From an uncultured Deinococcaceae bacterium (GTDB taxonomy: Bacteria; Deinococcota; Deinococci; Deinococcales; Deinococcaceae): a stretch of DNA of 64,000 nucleotides. The position numbers were made by a program, and so were the translations under genes. Under the pieces are notes generated by a model. That model saw nothing but the letters and a program-made list of their open reading frames with translations. It had not been told where the DNA came from and did no database searches. Shown here piece after piece: positions 33,821-44,491 of the stretch (position 1 is the first letter of the stretch; every line of letters starts with the position of its first letter). The DNA lies in contig CAXULY010000030.1 of the NCBI GenBank assembly GCA_964252075.1, positions 1 to 64,000 of the forward strand. The letters are read 5' to 3'.

Positions 33821-34984
33821 ATGCCGTGGCAGAGCAGTTTTGTGGTGTTGCGCCTGCTGGCCCTGCTGGCCCTGAGCGAATTCGTGCGCACAGGGTTCTT
33901 CGTGGCGTACCTGCCGCTGCGCTCGAACGCCCTGAACCTCGGCGCGTCCGCCGTCGGCCTGATCGTGGGCCTGCATTACCTCGCGGACGGCCTTGCCAAG
34001 GGCCCGAGCGGCGTCGCGACGGAACGCTGGGGGCTGGGCCGCATGGCGCTCGCGGGCGCGCTGCTGGGCACGCTGGCGGTGCTGCTCATCCCGCGCGCGC
34101 CCGCCCTGACGCTCGCGCTGCTGCTGTCCCTCGCGTGGGGCCTGACGCTCGCAAGTTTGTGGCCGGGCGTCATGACCGCCGTGAGTCACTACGCGAAGCC
34201 CGGCAAGCAGTCCCGCGCGCTCAGCTGGGCGTCCGTCATCACGGCGCCCGCCATCGGGCTGGGCACGGTGGGCGTGGGGTGGGTGATGCAGCGCGTCCCC
34301 AGCGTGGGGTACCCGGTGCTGCTGGGCGCGGAACTGCTGGCCTTGCTGCTCGCGCTGAGCCTTGTGCGCCTCAAGCTGCCGCGCTCCGGTGAGCGCGTGA
34401 GCGCGTACCGCTGGGGGCGCGTGGCGGGCCTCACGCCCGCCGCGTTCGCGCAGACCCTCGCGCCGGGCCTGCTCGTCACGATCTTCTACCCGTTCCTGCA
34501 CCGCCTGGGGCTCAGCATCACGGACCTGCTGCTGCCCGGCGTGGTGGCGCTCGCGGTGGGCCTGGGCGCGCTGCCGCTCGCGGGGCGCCTCGCGGACCGC
34601 GTGCACCCGCGCGCCGCGCTCATGCCGGGCCTGCTGCTGCTCGCCGCGACCTTCTACACCATCGCGCTGCCGGGCCTCACGGGGCGGCTGTACGTCGTGA
34701 CGGCGCTGGGCGGCGTCGCGTACGCGTGCTTCATCGCGGGCTGGAATGGCCTCGTGGCGCGCACCCTGCCGCGCGAGCACCGCGCCGCCGCGTGGGGCAC
34801 CATCATGGCGGTCGAGGCGCTCGGGTACGCGGTGGGTCCGGTGCTCGGGGGCCTCGCGTGGGACCGCTTCGGGCCGGTGGGGCCCTTCTGGCTGGGCGCC
34901 GTGGTGTTCGTGGTCACGCTCGGGTACTACCTGTTCCCGTGGCGGCAGGCGGTGCGGCGCGTGCGGCAGGCGACGGGCGACTGA
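33821..34984 (+). CDS. MFS transporter
   Basis: About 12 hydrophobic segments; G..ATERWG and GRLADR motif-A-like; TACAAT -10 box 7 nt before the ATG at 33821. Confidence 0.87.
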   Translation: MPWQSSFVVLRLLALLALSEFVRTGFFVAYLPLRSNALNLGASAVGLIVGLHYLADGLAKGPSGVATERWGLGRMALAGALLGTLAVLLIPRAPALTLALLLSLAWGLTLASLWPGVMTAVSHYAKPGKQSRALSWASVITAPAIGLGTVGVGWVMQRVPSVGYPVLLGAELLALLLALSLVRLKLPRSGERVSAYRWGRVAGLTPAAFAQTLAPGLLVTIFYPFLHRLGLSITDLLLPGVVALAVGLGALPLAGRLADRVHPRAALMPGLLLLAATFYTIALPGLTGRLYVVTALGGVAYACFIAGWNGLVARTLPREHRAAAWGTIMAVEALGYAVGPVLGGLAWDRFGPVGPFWLGAVVFVVTLGYYLFPWRQAVRRVRQATGD

Positions 34985-34987
34985 AGT

Positions 34988-35662
34988 TCAGTCGGGCAGG
35001 TCCGCGTCCGTGAGGCGCACCTCGCCCGCCGTGGTCTCCACCGTCAGCTGGAAGGCGCCCGGCGACGCGGGGATGCCGGTGTCCGGGAACCAGATGCGCC
35101 CGTCGCGCACCACGATCAGGCGCCCGTCGCGCCCCCCCACCCACATGAAGGTCGGGGCGTCCCCCGAGCGCTCCGGCGCCCGCAGGCGCTCCGCGAGCGC
35201 CGCCACGGTCTCGGGCACGCGCGGGACGGCCACGCCGAACTCCGCGACGCCCAGCAGTTCCTCCGGCCCGAAGTCCCCGCTGGCGGTGGTGGTCAGGCCG
35301 CGGTGCGCGATGAGTTCCAGGATGTTGCCGTCCGGGTCGTCGAAGTACACCGCCCACGACCGCCACGCGTCCGGCCAGCTGCCGGACGGGAAGGTGTCCG
35401 CGCCAGACGTGTCCTGCCGCAGCGGGACGCGCGCTGCGAGCCACGCGCGCGCCACCCCGAAGCGGTCCCACGGCAGGGAGAACGCCAGGTGCTCCACGTG
35501 GTCCGGCGCGCGCTCCCCCGCCGTGAAGGTGAGGCGCGTCCAGCCGACCTGCACCTCCACGCCGCCCGTGACCTCCCGCACGGGGAGGCCCAGCGTCCGC
35601 CCGTAGAAGCGCCCCTGCGCGGGCGGGTCGGGGGAGACCAGCTCCAGGTGCCGCAGCCGCAC
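34988..35662 (-). CDS. VOC/glyoxalase-like (ring-cleaving dioxygenase fold) protein
   Basis: FYGRTLGL, HLAF, VYFDDPDGNILELIA, second module AEFGV. Confidence 0.82.
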   Translation of the reverse strand: MRLRHLELVSPDPPAQGRFYGRTLGLPVREVTGGVEVQVGWTRLTFTAGERAPDHVEHLAFSLPWDRFGVARAWLAARVPLRQDTSGADTFPSGSWPDAWRSWAVYFDDPDGNILELIAHRGLTTTASGDFGPEELLGVAEFGVAVPRVPETVAALAERLRAPERSGDAPTFMWVGGRDGRLIVVRDGRIWFPDTGIPASPGAFQLTVETTAGEVRLTDADLPD

Positions 35663-35666
35663 GGGG

Positions 35667-35840
35667 TCAGCCCTCCCGGTCGGCCAGCGGCGCGAGCAGG
35701 GAGGCGCCGGCGCGCGGCTGCAGGTTCAGCCGCGACGCCCACCGCGCGGGGCCGCGCAGGCGCAGCGCGCCCGGCAGGAACAGCATCAGGACCGCCGAGG
35801 CGAAGGCGTGCGCGGTGAGGGATAGGGGCGGTCGGGGCAT
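35667..35840 (-). CDS. Small hypothetical protein (57 aa) with one hydrophobic segment
   Basis: ATG at 35840 with CACAAT 5 nt upstream; MPRPPLSLTAHAFASAVLMLFLPGALRL...; stops 4 nt before the VOC gene. Confidence 0.4.
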   Translation of the reverse strand: MPRPPLSLTAHAFASAVLMLFLPGALRLRGPARWASRLNLQPRAGASLLAPLADREG

Positions 35841-35945
35841 GCGGCATTGTGGCACCGCCGCTGCCGCGGCACGTGAAGGGCGCCCCCAGGCGCTTTGCTG
35901 GTCTTCCCACAGGTGCACCCCTGGGCGCGTGTCAGGCTGGAGGTC

Positions 35946-37751
35946 ATGCAAGCGTCCATTGACGACCACGGCCTGATCGGGGACATGCGGACCGCCGCGC
36001 TGGTCAGCACGGGCGGTGACGTGACCTGGCTGTGCTACCCGCGCTTCGACAGCCCCAGCGTCTTCGCGGCGCTGCTGGACGAGCAGCGCGGCGGGCGCTT
36101 CTCCATCGCGCCCACGGGGGATTACCGGGAGCGCCAGCGGTACGTCTCGCAGAGCTGCGTGCTCATCACGGCCTTCCAGGGCGAGGCGGGCCTGCTGGAA
36201 GTCATTGACTTCATGCCGGTCCCCACGGAGGCGCGCATCTCGCTCGACCAGCCGCTCGGTGTGGGTGGCCCCCCGCCGCGCCTCACGCGCCTGGTGCGCG
36301 CCACGACCGGCACGCACACCGTGAGCGTGCGCTGCCAGCCCGCCTTCGATTACGCGCGCGCCGGGCACCAGCTGCACCTGCACGCGGGCCGCGCGACCTT
36401 CGAGGGCCCGGACCTCACCCTGCACCTCGACAGCGGCGCGCCCCTCGCCGCCGACGGCACCGCCGCCGTCGGCACCTTCACGCTGCGCGCGGGCGAGAGC
36501 TGCTGCTTCACCCTGTCCTCCGACCCGGCGGGCGCGCCGCAGGCGCCCCACGACGCGCTGCAGGACACGCTGGACTTCTGGCGTGGCTGGCTCGCGCAGT
36601 GCACCTACCAGGGCCGCTGGCGCAACCACGTGCACCGCTCTGCGCTTACCCTGAAACTCCTGACCTACGCGCCCAGTGGCGCGATCATCGCGGCCCCCAC
36701 CACCAGCCTGCCGGAACGCGTTGGCGGCGAGCGCAACTGGGATTACCGCTACAGCTGGCCGCGCGACGCGGCCTTCACGGTGTACGCGCTGCTGCGCCTG
36801 GGTTTCCGCGCCGAAGCGAAGGCCTTCAACCACTTCATCCTGTCGCAGCCGCAGGGCGCGGGCGGCGAGGTGCCGCTGCGCACCATGTACACCATCAGCG
36901 GCGAGGGCGACCTCACCGAATGCACCCTGGACCACCTCAGCGGCTACCGCGGCAGCCGCCCCGTGCGCGTCGGGAACGGCGCGGCCGGGCAGTTCCAGTT
37001 GGACATCTTCGGGGAGTTCCTGGACGCCGCGTACCTGTACAACAAGCACGGCGAGCCCCTCGCGTACGACGACTGGGTGCGGTTGCGCCGCATCCTGGAT
37101 TTCGTGAGTGAGCACTGGCGCGACCCGGACGACGGCATCTGGGAGGCGCGCAGCGGTCAGGCGCACCACGTGCTGTCCAAGGTGATGTGCTGGGTGGCGC
37201 TCGACCGTGGCGTGCGCATCGCGCGTCAGCGCGGCCTGCCGGGCGACACCGAACGCTGGCAGCGCGAGCGGGACGCCGTGCTGGAGGACGTCATGGCGAG
37301 CGGCCACGACGGCGAACTGAACGCCTTCACGCAGACCTACGACAGCGACACCATGGACGCCGCGAACCTGCTGCTGCCGCTCGTGCGCTTCGTGGGGCCG
37401 CGCGACCCCCGCTGGATCGCCACCCTGGACCGCATCGAGGCGGACCTCGCGACGGGACCGCTGGTGTACCGCTACCGCCTCGACCAGGGCGCCAGTGACG
37501 GCCTGACCGGCGAGGAAGGCACGTTCCTGGCGTGCGCGTACTGGCTGGTGGAGTGCCTCGCGCGGGCGCGTCGCGTCGCGGAGGCGCGTGACCGCTTTGA
37601 GCACCTGCTGACCCTGCAGGGCCCGCTGGGCCTGCTCTCCGAGGAGCTCTCGCCAGGCGGCCTGCCGCTCGGCAATTACCCGCAGGCCCTCTCGCACCTC
37701 GCGCTGATCAGCGCCGCCTTCCACCTGGACCGCGCGCTCGCTCAGCGCTGA
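35946..37751 (+). CDS. Glycoside hydrolase family 15 (glucoamylase/trehalase-like)
   Basis: IGDMRTAALV, PRFDSPSVF, PTTSLPE.VGGERNWDYRYSWPRD, GIWEAR, LLSEE, GNYPQALSH; GGAGG RBS. Confidence 0.93.
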   Translation: MQASIDDHGLIGDMRTAALVSTGGDVTWLCYPRFDSPSVFAALLDEQRGGRFSIAPTGDYRERQRYVSQSCVLITAFQGEAGLLEVIDFMPVPTEARISLDQPLGVGGPPPRLTRLVRATTGTHTVSVRCQPAFDYARAGHQLHLHAGRATFEGPDLTLHLDSGAPLAADGTAAVGTFTLRAGESCCFTLSSDPAGAPQAPHDALQDTLDFWRGWLAQCTYQGRWRNHVHRSALTLKLLTYAPSGAIIAAPTTSLPERVGGERNWDYRYSWPRDAAFTVYALLRLGFRAEAKAFNHFILSQPQGAGGEVPLRTMYTISGEGDLTECTLDHLSGYRGSRPVRVGNGAAGQFQLDIFGEFLDAAYLYNKHGEPLAYDDWVRLRRILDFVSEHWRDPDDGIWEARSGQAHHVLSKVMCWVALDRGVRIARQRGLPGDTERWQRERDAVLEDVMASGHDGELNAFTQTYDSDTMDAANLLLPLVRFVGPRDPRWIATLDRIEADLATGPLVYRYRLDQGASDGLTGEEGTFLACAYWLVECLARARRVAEARDRFEHLLTLQGPLGLLSEELSPGGLPLGNYPQALSHLALISAAFHLDRALAQR

Positions 37752-37854
37752 TGGGTGAACCTTCAGGCGCTTCGCGACGGCCATGAGAGCACGCCCAAGT
37801 CTGGATGCTGTGACATGCCACAACCGACGCGCGCCCGACCGTGCAGACTGAAGC

Positions 37855-38949
37855 ATGAACGCCTTGCGTCCTCTCGTGGTGATGGCGCTGCTGGCGGCGC
37901 CCGCCACGGCGCTCGCCCAGCAGAGCGGGAGCCAGAACAGCGCCACCACCCGCTCCAGCCTGCCCGCCAACCTGCAGACCATCTACCAGCAGGCGCGGCC
38001 CGCGGTGCTGCGCATCGAGGACTGCCCCGACGTGGCCTGCAAGGACCCCGACGGCATCGGCACGGCCTTCGTGATCGGCAAGGACGGCCTCGCCCTCACC
38101 GCGTACCACGTGATGTTCGACTCGAAGAACCCCACCGCCGTCACCGTGAACCACAAGCGGTACGCCGTGAGCGTCGTCGGGTACGACGACCAGAGTGACC
38201 TCGCGCTCATCCGCGTGAAGTTCCCGGGGCCTGTCACGCCCCTGAACCTCGCGGGCGCCAGCCCGAAAGTCGGGGATGACGCGCTCGCCATCGGGAACGG
38301 TGGCGGCGCCTTCCTGCGCCCCAAGAACGGCAAGCTCCTGAAGCTGGACGTGGCGTCCGACCGCGCGGACTTCGCGAGCGGCACTCTGGAGCTCAGCGCG
38401 CAGCTCATTCCCGGTGACAGCGGTGGGCCCATCCTGAACGCCAAGGGCGAAGTGGAGGGCGTCGTGAGTTACATCACGCCCGACGAGAGCGGCAACAAGA
38501 TTCTGTCGTACGCGGTGCCCGTCACGAGCAGCAGCCGCGTCCTCACGGACCTGCGCGCGGGCGTGAAGCGCGACGCGCCCGTGGTGGGCCTCACCTTCAG
38601 TTACGACCTGAAACCCGAGTACTTCCCGAAAGTCGGCCTGGGCCCCAAGGCCGGGGCGGTGCCCGTGGGCGTCACTAAGGGCAGCCCCGCCGACAAGGCC
38701 GGCCTGCGCCCCCTGGAACTCGTGAAGGAACCCGCCACCGCCGACGACCTCCCCACCTTCAAGGGCGACGTGATCACCGCCGTGAACGGCAAGAGCGTGC
38801 AGGACTTCACCACCTTCCTGAACGCCGTGCGCGCCTACAAGGTGGGCGACACCGTGACGCTCTCCGTGCAGCGCGGCGAGAAGGCCGTGGAACTGAAACT
38901 CACGCTCGCCTCGCGCGCGCAGATCTTCGGGGCGCAGGCGCCGAAGTAA
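37855..38949 (+). CDS. Secreted S1C (HtrA-like) serine protease with PDZ domain
   Basis: Signal peptide; LTAYHV, DLALI and PGDSGGP triad; C-terminal PDZ (GSPADKAGL, GDVITAVNG). Confidence 0.92.
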   Translation: MNALRPLVVMALLAAPATALAQQSGSQNSATTRSSLPANLQTIYQQARPAVLRIEDCPDVACKDPDGIGTAFVIGKDGLALTAYHVMFDSKNPTAVTVNHKRYAVSVVGYDDQSDLALIRVKFPGPVTPLNLAGASPKVGDDALAIGNGGGAFLRPKNGKLLKLDVASDRADFASGTLELSAQLIPGDSGGPILNAKGEVEGVVSYITPDESGNKILSYAVPVTSSSRVLTDLRAGVKRDAPVVGLTFSYDLKPEYFPKVGLGPKAGAVPVGVTKGSPADKAGLRPLELVKEPATADDLPTFKGDVITAVNGKSVQDFTTFLNAVRAYKVGDTVTLSVQRGEKAVELKLTLASRAQIFGAQAPK

Positions 38950-38978
38950 ACGGCGTGGCGAAGACCGTGCGGGCCGCC

Positions 38979-39527
38979 TCAGTGGGTGGCCCGCACGCCC
39001 GTTTCCGTCGCGATGAACGCCACCCGCGCGTCGTGCGCTTCGCTCGGCAGGGCGGGCACCAGCAGCGCCTGTGGCGTCACGCCCACGGTCGGCACCGCCC
39101 AGCCTGACAGCAGGCGGTCATAGAAGCCGCCGCCGTACCCCAGCCGCACCCCGGACGTGTCGAAGGCGAGGCCCGGCAGCAGCGCGGCGTCCACTGCCTC
39201 GCGCGGCACTTCGGGCGCGCCCGCGGGCGGCTGCAGCGCCCCGAAACGGCTCACCTCGGTGGCGTGCGCCCAGTCGTGCAGGCTCAGGCGCCGCTCGCGC
39301 CACCACGCGCGCGTGGTGAGCAGCGTGAACTCCCCCGCGAGGGGCGTCAGGTCCGGCTCGCCCGGCAGCGCGCGGTACGCCAGCAGGCAGCGCCAGCCGC
39401 GCGCCCGCGCGAACGCCGCGAGCCCCGCGCACACGTCCGCCGAGCGGTCCGGCAGGCCCGCGCGCACCGCCTGCGCCCACGCGCGCCACTCCGCCTTCGG
39501 CGCGTCGGGGGAGGGGAGGGGGGGCAC
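38979..39527 (-). CDS. 5-formyltetrahydrofolate cyclo-ligase
   Basis: [21 protein letters not shown] and EAHD motifs. Confidence 0.92.
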   Translation of the reverse strand: MPPLPSPDAPKAEWRAWAQAVRAGLPDRSADVCAGLAAFARARGWRCLLAYRALPGEPDLTPLAGEFTLLTTRAWWRERRLSLHDWAHATEVSRFGALQPPAGAPEVPREAVDAALLPGLAFDTSGVRLGYGGGFYDRLLSGWAVPTVGVTPQALLVPALPSEAHDARVAFIATETGVRATH

Positions 39528-39574
39528 GCCCGCGAGGCTAGCACGCCGCGCTCCTCACGGCCTGCCAGGCTGAA

Positions 39575-40576
39575 TCAGCGGTAGCGGTTCACCGCGCGCA
39601 GGTGCGCGGCGTAATTGGAGGTCACGTGCAGCACGCCGTCCGTGCCGTGCACGAAGTACAGCGCGCGCGCGCCGTCGGGCGCCTCGCGTTGCGGCTGCAG
39701 CACCGCCGTGAGGGCCGCCTCGCCGGGGTTGTTGATGGGGCCTTTCGGGAGGCCCTGGCGGGTGTAGGTGTTGTACGGCGTGTCGCGCGTGAAGTCACCC
39801 GCCGAGCGGTCCAGCTGGTTCATGTCCTTGCCCAGGCCGTAGGCAACGGTGGGGTCGCAGCCGAGCGCGATGCCGTCCTTGAGGCGGTTCAGGAAGATCC
39901 CGGCGATGACGGGCATCTGGCTGGTGTCGCCCGCCTCGGCCTGCACCATGCTGGCGAGCGTCACCCAGTCGTACACGCTGAGGCCGAGTTTCTTCGCGCC
40001 CGCCACGCGCTCGGGCGTGAACTCCTGACTCATGCGGTCACTGAGGGTCGTCACGATCTCCCGCGCGGTCGCCTCAGGCCGGAAGGGGTACGTGGCGGGG
40101 AACAGGAAGCCCTCCAGGCTGCCTTTCGCGTACCGGTTCACGCTGGGGTCGGCGAGCGCGCGCTTCAGGTCGTCGGGCGCGCTGAGGTTCGCCTTCTCGA
40201 AGAGGGCGGGCAGGTCCCGCAGGCGCTTGCCCTCGGGAATCGTGACGCGCACGATGCGGGGGCGCGGCGTGCCCTCCAGGGCGTCCGCCACCTGAAAGAC
40301 CGTCATGCCGCCGTTCACGCTGTACAGGCCCTCGCGCAACCCCTGGGCGGTGCCGCGCTGGCGCATCACGAGGCGCAGGGCGTCCGCGGAGCGCACCACC
40401 TGGCGGTCCTGCAGCCGCTGCGCGACCTGCGCGAGGGTGTCGCCGGGCTTCACCTCCAGGGTGTAGGCGCGGCCGCCCGCGGGTTTCGTGAAGCCGTACG
40501 CGTACCACGCGAGGCCCCCCACGGCCAGCACGACCAGCAGGGCCAGCACGCCCAGCACCCGCGCGAAGACCCTCAC
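39575..40576 (-). CDS. mltG: Endolytic transglycosylase MltG (YceG family)
   Basis: N-terminal [59 protein letters not shown]. Confidence 0.93.
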   Translation of the reverse strand: MRVFARVLGVLALLVVLAVGGLAWYAYGFTKPAGGRAYTLEVKPGDTLAQVAQRLQDRQVVRSADALRLVMRQRGTAQGLREGLYSVNGGMTVFQVADALEGTPRPRIVRVTIPEGKRLRDLPALFEKANLSAPDDLKRALADPSVNRYAKGSLEGFLFPATYPFRPEATAREIVTTLSDRMSQEFTPERVAGAKKLGLSVYDWVTLASMVQAEAGDTSQMPVIAGIFLNRLKDGIALGCDPTVAYGLGKDMNQLDRSAGDFTRDTPYNTYTRQGLPKGPINNPGEAALTAVLQPQREAPDGARALYFVHGTDGVLHVTSNYAAHLRAVNRYR

Positions 40577-41544
40577 GACGCGGGCACCGCGAGGTCCGCC
40601 GTGGTGGACTGGATGCGCGCGCGCAGGTCATCGTCCATGGGGGGGCGCGCCCCGAAGCGCGACACCACCCACCCGCCGATCAGCGCCGCGCAGCGCCCCG
40701 CGGCGAGCGCGTCGCCGGAGCGCAGGTAATGCCCGAGGAAGGCGCCGCCGAAGGCGTCCCCGGCGCCCGTGGCGTCCACGAGGTGATCGGGGCTGGCGGG
40801 CACGTGCAGGTGCGCGCCGCCCGGCAGGCCGATCAGCGCGCCGCGCGCGTCGAGCTTCAGGGCGATCAGCGCGCGTGGGTAGCGGTGCTGGAACCACGCC
40901 AGCATCGCGTCCGGGTCGCTCTGCCCGCTCATGGCCTGCGCCTCGTCGTCGTTCGGGAAGAGCACCGTGAAGGGAATGCGGTCCAGCATGTCCAGGAAGG
41001 CGCCCCGGCCCATGCCCTGAATCATCTGGTAGCTGCCGGGGTCCAGGCTGATGCCCACACCGGCCTCCGCGGCGATCTCGGCGGCGCGCAGGGCGGCGGC
41101 GCGCGGCGGGTCGCGGAACAGGCTCCACGCGGTGAGGTGCAGGTGCCGCGCGCCCGCGAGGTCCGCCTCGGGCAGCTCCTCGGGCAGCAGCTCCCAGTCG
41201 GCGCCCACGCCGGACAGCATGGCGCGCTGCCCGCGCTGGTCAATCATCGCGAGGATCACGCCCGTGCGGTGCTCGGCGCTCTCCACGACGCGCGGCGTGA
41301 CGCCCTCCTGCCGCAGTTCCGCCACCGCGAGTTCCCCGAAGCGGTCTCGCCCGATCTTCCCCGCGAAGGTCACGGGGTGCCCCACGCGGCGCGCCCACAC
41401 CGCGAGGTTTGCGGCGCTGCCGCCCCCCAGCAGTTCCAGGCGTCCGGTGGTGTCGCCGCCGGGCAGCAGCGCGGTGTCGGGTTTGGCGAGCACGTCCCAG
41501 GCGAGGTCACCCAGGGAGAGGAGGGGAGGGGGCGTGAGGGTCAT
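40573..41544 (-). CDS. PfkB family carbohydrate kinase
   Basis: [38 protein letters not shown] overlap with mltG. Confidence 0.92.
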   Translation of the reverse strand: MTLTPPPLLSLGDLAWDVLAKPDTALLPGGDTTGRLELLGGGSAANLAVWARRVGHPVTFAGKIGRDRFGELAVAELRQEGVTPRVVESAEHRTGVILAMIDQRGQRAMLSGVGADWELLPEELPEADLAGARHLHLTAWSLFRDPPRAAALRAAEIAAEAGVGISLDPGSYQMIQGMGRGAFLDMLDRIPFTVLFPNDDEAQAMSGQSDPDAMLAWFQHRYPRALIALKLDARGALIGLPGGAHLHVPASPDHLVDATGAGDAFGGAFLGHYLRSGDALAAGRCAALIGGWVVSRFGARPPMDDDLRARIQSTTADLAVPAS

Positions 41545-41626
41545 GAACTGCCCCGCATCATAGTGCCTGCCCCCGAGCGCGCATCCGCAGGAAGGATGAG
41601 GGGGAACTTAAGGGCGCGCGGGCGCA

Positions 41627-42726
41627 TCAGGGAATCAGGGCGCGCACGGCGTCCAGCCGCGCGCGCAGCGCCACGCCGTCCGGCGCGGTGACGTTCACGT
41701 GCCCCAGCTTGCGGCCCAGCCGGTTCGCCTTGTGGTACAGGTGCAGGCGCGCGCCCGGCACGCGCAGCAGCGCGTCCCAGTCCGGCTCCCCGCCCTCCGG
41801 CCAGCCCAGCACGTTCACCATCGCGCCAGGCAGGGCCGGCACGAAGTCCGTGAGGGGCAGGTTCAGCGCGGCGCGCACCTGCGCCTCGAACTGGCTGGCG
41901 CCCCCGCCGTCCTGCGTGAGGTGCCCGCTGTTGTGCACGCGCGGCGCGACCTCATTCACGACCAGCGCGCCGTCCGCGAGCTGGAAGAACTCGATGGTCA
42001 TGAGGCCCTCCAGGCCCCGGGCGTCCGCTGCGCGCCGCGCGAGGTCCCGCGCCTGCGCCTCCGCCGCGGGGTCGGCGTCCGGCAGGAACACGCTGGAGCG
42101 CAGGATGCCCGCGCGGTGCTCGTTCTCCACCAGCGGCCCGAAGGCCACCTCGCCGGACGGCGCGCGCGCCACGCCCAGGCTCACCTCCCGCGCGAAGGGC
42201 ACGAGGCCTTCCAGCACGCACTCCGCGCCGAGCTCCTGGAATGCGGCGCGCAGCTCGGCGTCGCTGTTCACGCGCCGCTGGCCCTTTCCGTCGTACCCGA
42301 GTTCAGCGGTCTTCAGGATGCCCCGCCCACCCACGGTTTCCAGCGCGCCCGTCAGGTCGGTTTCATCGCGCAGCGCGACGAAGGGCGCGGTGCGCGCGCC
42401 CAGCGCCCGGAAGGCCTCCTTCTCCCGCACCCGGTGCTTCGAGGTGTGCAGCAGGCCCGCGCCGGGCCGCACCGGCACCCGCCCGGCCAGGGCGCTCAGC
42501 GCGGCCTCCGGGACGTTCTCGAACTCCAGCGTCACCGCGTCGCACGCCGCGAGGGTGTTCAGGCCAGCCGGGTCCGTGTACGGCGCGGCGAGGTGCTGCG
42601 CGCACAGGCGCGCGGGCGCCAGGGGGTCCGGCTCCAGCACCGTCACGCGCACGCCCAGCGGCAGCGCCGCGAGCGCCAGCATCTGCGCGAGCTGCCCGCC
42701 CCCCAGAATGCCCAGGTGCAGCTCCC

Positions 42727-42730
<4 letters not shown>
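41627..42730 (-). CDS. purK: N5-carboxyaminoimidazole ribonucleotide synthase
   Basis: [49 protein letters not shown]. Confidence 0.95.
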
Positions 42731-43266
<536 letters not shown>

Positions 43267-43282
43267 CGCATTATCTTAGGGC
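43267..43282. promoter_or_regulatory. Overlapping back-to-back -10 boxes for leaderless purE and folC
   Basis: 16-bp intergenic CGCATTATCTTAGGGC: TATCTT (+) lies 5 nt before the folC GTG and TAAGAT (-) lies 6 nt before the purE GTG. Confidence 0.6.
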
Positions 43283-44491
43283 GTGCCTGACCTTCCCTGG
43301 CCGTACGGCTGGCTGTTCACCCGCACGCGCGCCGCGCGCGCCCGCGGCCCGGAGCGGGCGCGCGCGCTGCTGGACGACCTGGGTGCGCCCGACCGGGCGT
43401 TCGACAGCGTCCGGGTGGTGGGCACGAACGGCAAGGGCAGCGTGAGCGCCATGCTGGAGGCGGGCCTCATCGCGGCGGGCGCGCGCGTGGGGCGCTTCAC
43501 GAGCCCGCACCTGGAGCGCTTCGAGGAGCGCGTGCGGGTGCAGGGCCAGGACATCCCGCCTGAGGTGACCGCGAACTTCACGCGCTGGGCGCAGGCGCGC
43601 GAGCCGGACGCCAGCTTCTTCGACCTCACGCTGGCGCTCGCCGCGCAGGTGTTCGCAGGGGCCGGGGTGCGCTGGGCGGTGATGGAGGCGGGCGTGGGCG
43701 GCGCGAGCGACGCCACGCAGGCCCTCGCGCGGGTGCGGGCGGTGCTGATCACGAACGTCGCGCTGGACCACACCGCGACGCTGGGCGCGACCATCCCCGA
43801 GATCGCGCGCGACAAGGCGGGCGCCGCCCGGCCCGGTGTGCCGCTGCTGACCACCGCGACGGGCGAGGCGCTGGAGGTGATCGCGGCGGTGGCGCAGGAG
43901 GTCGGCGCGCCGCTGTTCACGCCCGCCACGCACCCCGCGCTGTTCGCGCTGCCGCGCGCGCCCGCCCTGCCGGGCGCGCACCAGCGGGCGAACGCCGCAC
44001 TCGCGCTGGCCGCCCTGCGCGCGCTGGGTTTCGGGGCGGGCGCGGACGCCGCCCTGGACGCCGCGCACCCCGCGCGTCTGGAGCGCTTCGAGGTGGCGGG
44101 CCGCAGGGTGTGGCTGGACGGCGCGCACAACCCGCACGCCGCCCTCGCCCTCGCCGCCGCGGTGGGGCGGGCGGACGCGCTGCTCTTCGGGAACTTCGCG
44201 CGCAAGGACACGGAAGCGACCCTGGCGCCGCTGCTCGCCCTCGCGCCCATGCGGGTGTTCACGGCGCCCGGCGAGGGCGCCAGCGACCCCACCGCGCTCG
44301 CCCGCGCGCACGATGGGGTCGCCGAGCCGGAGCCCGCGCGGGCCCTCACGCTTGCCCTGGACCGCACGCCGCCCGGCGGCACGCTGCTCGTCACGGGCAG
44401 CCTGTACCTCGCGGGCCTGCTGCGCCCCGCGCTGCTTGAGCAAACCCCGACGCGGCGCGCCCGGAGCGCCCCACAGGGTTATCCTGGCCGA
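43283..44491 (+). CDS. folC: Folylpolyglutamate synthase/dihydrofolate synthase (no stop codon; reads in frame into the aminopeptidase, full ORF 43283-45730)
   Basis: VVGTNGKGS, FTSPHL..F.ER, EAGVGG..DAT, LDHT..LG, DKAG, LDGAHNP, TGSLYLAG. Confidence 0.9.
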
